The notes under the pieces were generated by a model. That model was given only the letters and a program-made list of their open reading frames with translations. It ran no database searches and was not told the DNA's origin. DNA of 14,057 nucleotides from Pseudomonadota bacterium (lineage in GTDB: Bacteria; Bdellovibrionota_B; Oligoflexia; Oligoflexales; CAIMVM01): positions 1-14,057 of the forward strand of contig JBAXBA010000088.1 of the NCBI GenBank assembly GCA_037142195.1. The letters are read 5' to 3'. The first letter of the stretch is position 1. Each line of letters starts with the position of its first letter. This document shows positions 1 to 8,000 of the stretch, one piece after another. The position numbers and the translations under genes are program-made.

Positions 1-115
1 ACCATTTTCAAAGAATTGGGGGTCGCTGTTACGTAGAATTCTTAGGAAGTTAGGGATCAAGGTAACTGCTCAATACTACTTCAGAAAAAAGGAACTCTGC
101 GCCTGCGTCGTGTCA

Positions 116-135
116 GGGAAATTTCTCAATTTCCC
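116..135 (-). other. RNA hairpin with GNRA tetraloop (possible 3' end or pause structure)
   Basis: Minus strand GGGAAATT-GAGA-AATTTCCC, a perfect 8-bp stem. No U-tract follows, so it is not a canonical intrinsic terminator. Confidence 0.35.
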
Positions 136-813
136 GCTAAATATCTGTCCTGTGCCTTTTCATAAGGTCTATACAAATTGCATGCAAACTTTCGCTTCGG
201 GCAGAGTTGCCCTTGCCAAAGCAGTAGAACTGGGAGCCGAATAGTCTGTACTCTCGTATGAATATGCTGAACCATGGATTCAGCAAAAAAAACTCATATC
301 AATTTGCCCAAAGAAGCATTTTGATTCCTCCTTGGCATTAGCTTGGTACCCAAGAAAGTTCATTGCGGACTACCTACGCGCCGTCATATCATCCTTAAAA
401 TAAGACATTCCTTGCTATCGCTAAACAAAAGACAGAAATTCATTTCGATTGCAATCTTTTGGTCCCAAATTCTTATTCTTCATCCATTCGAAGCCGTGAA
501 AACGTATAGAATTTAAACTGAGGCGAATCCGCATACAGCCACTTGGAATCATAAAGTCCTGTGTAATATTATATATCCTGGCAAAATATGAAGCTTCAGA
601 TAGACGGAAAAAAAAATTGCACTTTATACTGCGAATAAGACTTTAGCCCCCCGGGACAACTTGAACTTTGTTTAAAAAATGTGCTTGGCAATGCTGAAGT
701 TTAGACCCAGACAGAGAAAATTCACTCATCTTTAGGTCCATAAAATAACCCTGAAGACAGCGAAAAATTCGCCTATCGCAGGCAAGAGCTATTGCAAGTT
801 TTCTTTGGAGATT

Positions 814-1032
814 TTAATTCTCCTGCTCCAACTCGCGATCGGCCCAATTTCTATCCTGCTTCTGCTTGATATTCTCTTCTAAAAGTTTATCGCAGGTGGA
901 AAAAATATCCAAAGCAAGCAAATAGTCTATGTCACTACTCGCACACTTTTTCTTTGGCTTAATGTCGATCTTTATTTTTCTATTTTGCGTCCTAAATTGA
1001 GTGCTAGGCATCAAGTATTGTAGATAAAGCAT
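814..1032 (-). CDS. Small hypothetical protein (72 aa)
   Basis: ATG start with AAGGAGG (1043-1037) 4 nt upstream. Hydrophilic, with a basic N-half and a charged, helical-looking C-half. No family recognised. Confidence 0.5.
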   Translation of the reverse strand: MLYLQYLMPSTQFRTQNRKIKIDIKPKKKCASSDIDYLLALDIFSTCDKLLEENIKQKQDRNWADRELEQEN

Positions 1033-1192
1033 CTTCCCTCCTTCATGATTAACAAAATGATTGTCTCCACTTCAAATTTCTCAAACATAATTCGTGATTT
1101 GTATTCTTAAGAAATAGACAAACATCCCGCCTCAAGCCATCTCGGCTAAGTTCTCCTAAGGAAACAAAAGGGAATGATATTTCTAAAGCGAC

Positions 1193-1306
1193 TCATAGGC
1201 GCTGATATCCTAGCAACCTAAAACTTTCTTGCGATTTTATGCGTTTCGTCACCTTAGAATAGCCTTCGTCTTGTCTCTGAACTCTCTTTAATCGATAGCA
1301 AATCAT
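1193..1306 (-). CDS. Putative small basic protein (37 aa, MICYRLKRVQRQDEGYSKVTKRIKSQESFRLLGYQRL)
   Basis: Hand-translated; below the ORF-track cutoff. Preceded by AAAGGAGGAGGTGA (1322-1309), an extended match to the 16S anti-SD, and by a sigma54-like promoter. Confidence 0.5.
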   Translation of the reverse strand: MICYRLKRVQRQDEGYSKVTKRIKSQESFRLLGYQRL

Positions 1307-1345
1307 AGTCACCTCCTCCTTTGTGAGAAAATGTCGTTTTAGATT

Positions 1346-1362
1346 TGCACGAAGCATGCCAA
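1346..1362 (-). promoter_or_regulatory. sigma54 (-24/-12) promoter candidate
   Basis: Minus strand TTGGCATG-CTTC-GTGCA has exact GG-N10-GC spacing (GG 1360-1359, GC 1348-1347) against the consensus TGGCACG-N4-TTGCW. Predicted TSS near 1335, just upstream of the strong SD. Confidence 0.55.
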
Positions 1363-1827
1363 ATATTTCAATTAAGAAAAAAATAGATCGCTATTTCATC
1401 GGCTTGATGAAAAGCAGATGCCAGTAGCAATGCCTTTCTCTGAAGATTTGCATCTTTATTACCTTAAGGCTGGCACATTCTTGGAAAATTTTAGCAAAAC
1501 CAAAAAAAAATAACTAACTTACACTTTGAGAACACAGAGAGATCATATCTCATCTGCTGAGTATCCAGTACAACGCAGGAAAACGAACGCTTCCACGATC
1601 GGATTTGACAATCTACACACAAATTTGTTGGGCTTTACCAACAATCATTTGCAGCAAATGCTACAGACAAAACGCAATTCATCTATCAATCCACTGAAAT
1701 ATGCAGCTGATATCATTGCGTTAAGCCAAGTGGCGTGATTCAGTTAGAAAACACACTACTCGGCACTCTATGCTTTTTTGTCGGGCCCAAACAACGTCAC
1801 ATGACATGTCTTTCTTCTTCCTTCACT

Positions 1828-1856
1828 TTGACGCCCCTTAGTCCTTAACTTAGGAT
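1828..1856 (+). promoter_or_regulatory. sigma70-type promoter candidate for cgs
   Basis: TTGACG (1828-1833), 17 nt, TAGGAT (1851-1856), oriented toward cgs. Confidence 0.5.
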
Positions 1857-2070
1857 AGAAAAATTTCTGTGTTGCCACAAATAACACTATTAGCTTGTAG
1901 AGCCGCAAAACGCAGAGATCTATGTATTTACTCGAGTTTGATTTTTTACATCAATTCGTGTGAGGTAAATCTTTCTAATCAACTGGCACCATGTTATGGT
2001 CCCGCTGCCACGGTAGGTTCCTTCGCAATAAATACTAGCCTCACTACCCTTTAAATTCAGAGGTTCCTTC

Positions 2071-5000
2071 TTGATTCGAAACTTTCTAAACCGAGTAAAA
2101 TTAAAGAATGTCGCAATGGATTTTGATGATTTTTCTGAAGACTTGCCCCTTTCTTCGGAACTATTTAATCTGGAGCAATTAAAGAGACATTCAAAATCCC
2201 TAGCAACGCGTCATGAATTAGTTTCCGGACCTGGAGACGATCAGCTTATTGCTCGCTTGGGTGAAAATGAATATGTTTTAGCCAAAGCCTATGAAAGCCT
2301 TTGTTCTGCTGTACATGACAAACAGACGATTTCGCCTGCAGGAGAATGGTTGCTCGACAACTTTCATCTTATTGAGGAGCAAATTCGTACCGCTAGACGC
2401 CACCTTCCTCGTCATTACTGCCGTATGTTGCCGCACTTAGCTGGTCAGAACGGGCAAACAGGCATCCCTCGTGTCTATGATATCGCATTAGAAATCATCA
2501 AACATGTCGATGGGCGTGTTGACAACGAAAATATGAAGTTATTTGTAGATTCGTATCAAGAGCAATCACCACTTAAACTGGGCGAATTGTGGGCAATACC
2601 CATTATGCTGCGATTGGCTTTAATTGAAAATCTACGAAGGGTCGCAGTTAGAGTAGTTTCTGCTCTTAGAGACAGACAACAAGCCAAAGTATGGTCTCAA
2701 CTTTTGGTGAAAGCCTCAGATCAAGACCCCAAAAGTTTGATTTTGGTCGTAGCGAATTTGGCGCGTTCCAACCCTCACCTTTCCAATGCATTTGTTGCTG
2801 AATTTGTTCGCGGTCTGCACGGACACTCCCGGACTTTAGACATTCCACTTACGTGGCTTACTTTTCAATTAGAGGGCTCGGGGCGAACCATAGCGCAAAC
2901 CATCCAACTGGAGAGCCATCAACAAGCAACGAATCAAGTATCCGTAAGCGCCAGCATAGGGAGCTTGAGGCACCTAGATTCAACTAATTGGCAAAACTTT
3001 GTCGAATCTGCCAGTGCCGTAGAATCAGTGTTACGAATGGATCCCGCAAAAGTCTATGCCTCAATGGCTTTTTCCTCTCGTGACCAATACCGCCATAGCG
3101 TCGAAAGACTTTCGAAAAAATATAAAATGCAGGAATGGGATGTTGCCCAAAAAGCGGTATCCCTCAGCGAAAATTACAACGCCCGATCAAGTAGTGAAAA
3201 GAAGCGCCATCATATTGGCTACTTTTTAATTGGTTCAGGACTTCCCGATCTGGAGGCCGCCCTTAAGGGCAAAAAGAGCTCGCTTAGAGTCAGAATGGAA
3301 GTCCCTTTTTTAATATTTATTTCTAGCATATTTAGCATAACAGCAGTCATAGTGAGCCTAACACTCTATTACACTATCGGGCTAGACGTTGCGTGGGAAA
3401 TCTTGCTTCCCATCTTGGTTTTGATTTTTATTGTAGGCAGCCAAATAGGAGTCAAAGTTACGAATGGGTTAGTTACGACTCTTCGGTCACCCAAACGCTT
3501 GCCAAGGATGGACTACAGTAAGGGAATCCCGCAGGAGTTTAAAACTTTAGTCGCAGTTCCTAGCATGCTCATCACCCTTAAGAATATTGAAGCCTTGATA
3601 TCATCACTAGAAGTAAGATATTTAGCTAATCGAGATGCCAACCTCTACTTCTGTCTACTAACTGACTTTATCGATGCTTCAAGTCCCAGCATGGGGGGAG
3701 ATTTTGAACTTCTGCAGTCCGCAAAAAATGGCATTTACTCCCTTAACGACAAATATCGACGTTCGTCTGGCCGCAATGAAGATATTTTTTACTTGTTTCA
3801 TCGTCCACGAGTCTGGAATTCTAAAGAAAAACTATGGATGGGCTATGAGCGCAAACGTGGAAAATTGGAAGCTTTAAACTCTGCTTTAAGGGGGTTTCCT
3901 AACTTCCATAACTCTAGCGAGCCGTTATTTTGCTCTATAGTTGGTGACATCAGATATCTACAGGCAATAAAATACGTCATCACACTTGATTCTGATACTC
4001 AACTACCTAGTGGAACTGCCCACACTCTCATCGGGATAATGTCCCATCCTCTTAATGCTGCTGTTCTATCGCATTCCAAAGATCGTGTGATGGAGGGATA
4101 TGGCATATTGCAACCTCGAGTAGCAGTCTGTCTACCAGGTGCTTACAGATCGTGGTTTGTCCGCCTCTATGGCGGAGACGCCGGGACAGATCCGTACACG
4201 CGAGCAGTTTCTGATGTCTACCAAGATCTCTTTGAAGAAGGTTCGTTCATCGGAAAAGGCATCTATGACGTTGACGTGTTTCGTGCCGTTCTGGAGCGCA
4301 AGCTACCTGAAAATTTGATATTAAGTCATGATTTATTGGAAGGTGCGTATTGCCGCTGCGGCTTGGTCAGCGATGTCATCTTGTATGAGGAACATCCTAG
4401 TCATTTTGGCGAGGATGTGAAGCGCCGTCGCAGATGGATTAGAGGAGATTGGCAAATTGCATTTTGGCTTCTCCCTTGGGTTCCAGGCTTTGACGGAAAA
4501 TGGCGCAAAAATTCCCTTTCAGCACTTTCTAGGTGGAAAATTTTTGACAACCTAAGGCGTAGCCTGGTTCCTGTTGCCACACTGATCTTGCTAGTAAGCG
4601 GATGGTATCTATGGCCTGGGCAAGGCTATGTTACACGCATAGCAATTGCGGCAATACTACTTCCCAGTGCGTTGATTCTAGTCAAGTCCATTTTTAATAA
4701 ACACTCGGAAATTTCCTATAGTCGACATTTTCAACTTAATCTCACTCGATCTATCCAGAAACTGACTACATCTCTGTTAGGATTGACTTTTTTGCCCTTC
4801 GATCTCGTGACCAATACTCAGGCGATTGGACGATTTTTCGTAAGAAAATTTGTGACCCATACACGCTTGCTGGAATGGCAATCTTCCAGTGATCCCAGAC
4901 ATCAAGAAAATTCCGATATTATACATTTCTTTAAGTTTATGGGGAGCGCGCCTTCGATTGCCATTTTGGTAGGAGCTGTGCTATCTCAGAAAGAAGGAGC

Positions 5001-8000
5001 TATTGCTTCGGCTCTTCCTTTTCTCCTGATTTGGTTTCTATCGCCAATAATAGCATTTATACTTAGCCGGATACATCAACAAGTTGATTCTAGCTTGAAA
5101 TCTGATCAGCTTCAGTATCTTCATCAAATGGCAAGGAAGAACTGGCGCTTCTTTGAGACCTTTGTGGGACCGGAGGACCATTGGCTGCCTCCTGACAACT
5201 TCCAAGAGCTGCCCAATCCTGTTCTAGCCCATAGAACCTCTCCCACTAATATAGGCCTTAGCCTCTTAGCAAATCTAGCCGCCTACGACTTTTCCTATAT
5301 TTCTGTAACTATGCTTTTAGAGAGAACCTCTCATACCTTTCAAACATTACATAAGCTGGAACGATTTAGAGGACATTTTTACAATTGGTATGACACAAGA
5401 AGTCTGGCCCCCTTGCCGCCCTTCTATGTCTCTACTGTCGACAGTGGCAATTTTATAGGCCTTATACTTACTTTACGACCAGGCTTGATGGCACTACCCA
5501 AGGACATGATCGTACTACCGCGTTTGCTTCTAAGTCTTGGTGACGCTTTTGAGTGTTTTTTGAAAAGTTTCTTTCCTATGGGAGTTTTTCACAGCAAAGT
5601 CGCTTCGATTAAAAATCTTCTTTTAAATAGGGATCCAAGTTCTTTAAAGACAATTCAAGACATAGCGAAGTCTTTGCGGGTTTCCATCGCCGAGATGAAA
5701 ATGGTTCGTTTCGATATACCTGAAGGCAGGAAAGAGGAATTCGATCTAAGTATAAAAGAAATAGAAGACCAGATAACCAACTGCCTACTTTTACCTTTGT
5801 CGACTTTTACCCCTTGGTGTCATTTGCCTAACCCACCCATCAGTTTGCCCGCAGGATTGCTGGCTAAACTTGATCAGATCCCAACACTAGAGAGTGTAGA
5901 AACTTTGGTTACGTCTATGCTTTCCCTGGTTGACGGAATCGATACGGTTGAAATGGGCAGAGAAGAGATGGTCTGGTTGATACTACTAAAGTCTGAACTG
6001 CGAAATGGCATGACAAGAGCCAGAACTGCCCTTTCTTTGGTGGAAAAACTATGTAGGGAGATAGACTATCTGGCGTGTGTCGAGTATGACTTTCTTTATG
6101 ACAAATCGCGAAACCTTCTCGCCATTGGCTATAATGTTACTGAGCGAAGGCGAGATGACGGTTTCTATGATCTTCTAGCCTCAGAAGCAAGACTTTGTAG
6201 TTTTGTAGGCATAGCACAAGGACTTTTGCCTCAAGAACACTGGTTTGCACTCGGAAGATCTCTTACAGAATGGAAAAACATTCCTACCCTCCTCTCCTGG
6301 AGCGGGTCGATGTTTGAATATCTTATGCCCCTCGTGGTAATGCCAACCTTCTCCCACACTATTCTAGATCAGACCTTTCATTCCGTTGTAGGTCGACAAA
6401 TGGAATACGGCTCACAAAGGCGGGTTCCGTGGGGAATCTCAGAATCAGGGTACAACGCGACCGATATACATCTTAATTATCAGTATAAAGCTTTTGGCGT
6501 TCCCGGACTGGGGCTGAAACGAGGCTTAGCCGAGGACTTAGTGATTGCGCCCTATGCGAGCATGATGGCCTTAATGGTCAACCCTACTGCCGCATGTATC
6601 AATTTACAGCGAATGACAGATCTAGGATATGAGGGCAAGTATGGTTTCTATGAGGCTGTAGACTTTACGACATCACGTAGTTCCTCTAAAAAAGGCGTCA
6701 TCTTGAATTCCTTTATGGCCCACCATCAAGGAATGGGATTTCTCGCCTTGGCGTACGTTCTTTTAGACCGAAAAATGCAAAGTCGATTCCAATCCGTCCC
6801 TGAGTTTCAAGCTGTGGAGCTCCTTTTGCATGAGAGAGTGCCTGAGGCTTCCGTTGTTTTTCCACATGCCCCCGAGGCATCCTTAGTCACTCGCTGGCGC
6901 GAGGATCACAAAACAGAATTGAGAGTAATTCCCTCTCCAAACACACCAAAACCAGAGATTCATTTACTTTCAAACGGTCGCTATACCGTTATGCTCACCA
7001 ATTCTGGCGGTGGCTTCAGCCGCTGGAAGAACCTAGCTATTACAAGATGGAGGGAGGACCCCACTAGCGACCATTGGGGGACCTTCTGCTATATTCGAGA
7101 TCTCGAAAATGAGGAAGTTTGGTCGGCTTCCTATCATCCGATAGCTAAATCATCCGATCAATATGAAGCGATTTTTCCACAAGCGAAAGCGGAGTTTCGT
7201 CGGTCTGATGAAGAGCTGGAAATGCACACAGAAATCACTGTTTCTCCCGAGGATGACATTGAGCTCCGCCGTTTTAGTATTACCAATAGGGCATCCCGTA
7301 GGCGCGTGGTCGAGCTCACGAGCTATGCTGAAATTGTCCTAGGACCTGCTGCAGCAGATGATGCTCACCCTGCATTTAGCAACTTGTTTGTTCAAACTGA
7401 AATTTTAGCGAGTAAAAAGGCGATTCTTTGTAAAAGAAGACCGCGTTCGTCTGAAGACACTACTCCTGTAGTGTTTCATCTCATGTGCGCACATGGCGCT
7501 GTAGTCGGAGATTTCTCGTTTGAAACAGATCGCTCCAAATTTATTGGACGAGGTCGTAGTACGCGGAATCCGTTAGCCATGGAGCCTGGTCCTTGGAATG
7601 ATGATACGCTTTCAGCCTCACAAATGCTTTCTGGTAGCGATGGATCAGTTCTTGATCCCATAGTAGCGATAAGAAGTCAGTTTGTGATCGAGGCTGAACA
7701 AACCTTTAGAGTACATTGCGTCACGGGAGTTGGAGAAAGCAGAGAAAATGTTTTGCATCTTATCGAAAAATATCATGACCGCCATGTAGCGGATCGAGTT
7801 TTTGAGCTTGCATGGACTCATACTCAAGTCACATGCAGGCAAGCGGCTTTAACCGAAACAAACTCTCAATTGTATGAAAGACTAGCTGGTATTATTCTCT
7901 ATTCCTGGGGCGCTGTACGAGCAGACTCTAGTACTTTGCTACGAAATAAATTAGTACAGTCTGGGCTGTGGGGTTACGGAATTTCAGGTAACCTTCCTAT

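Noticed and set aside
265..292. Hairpin TGCTGAA-N7-TTCAGCA next to an A8 tract as an intrinsic terminator
   Set aside because: The tract is on the wrong side: A's follow the stem on +, and U's precede it on -.
1471..1486. Plus-strand TGGCAC motifs (1471 and 1984) as sigma54 promoters for cgs
   Set aside because: Neither has GC at the required GG-N10-GC spacing.
1526..1738. 70-aa plus-strand ORF
   Set aside because: TTG start without an SD and no recognisable features; lies in the probable regulatory region.
1938..1954. FNR-like box TTGAT...ATCAA upstream of cgs
   Set aside because: The spacer is 7 nt; FNR sites need 4.
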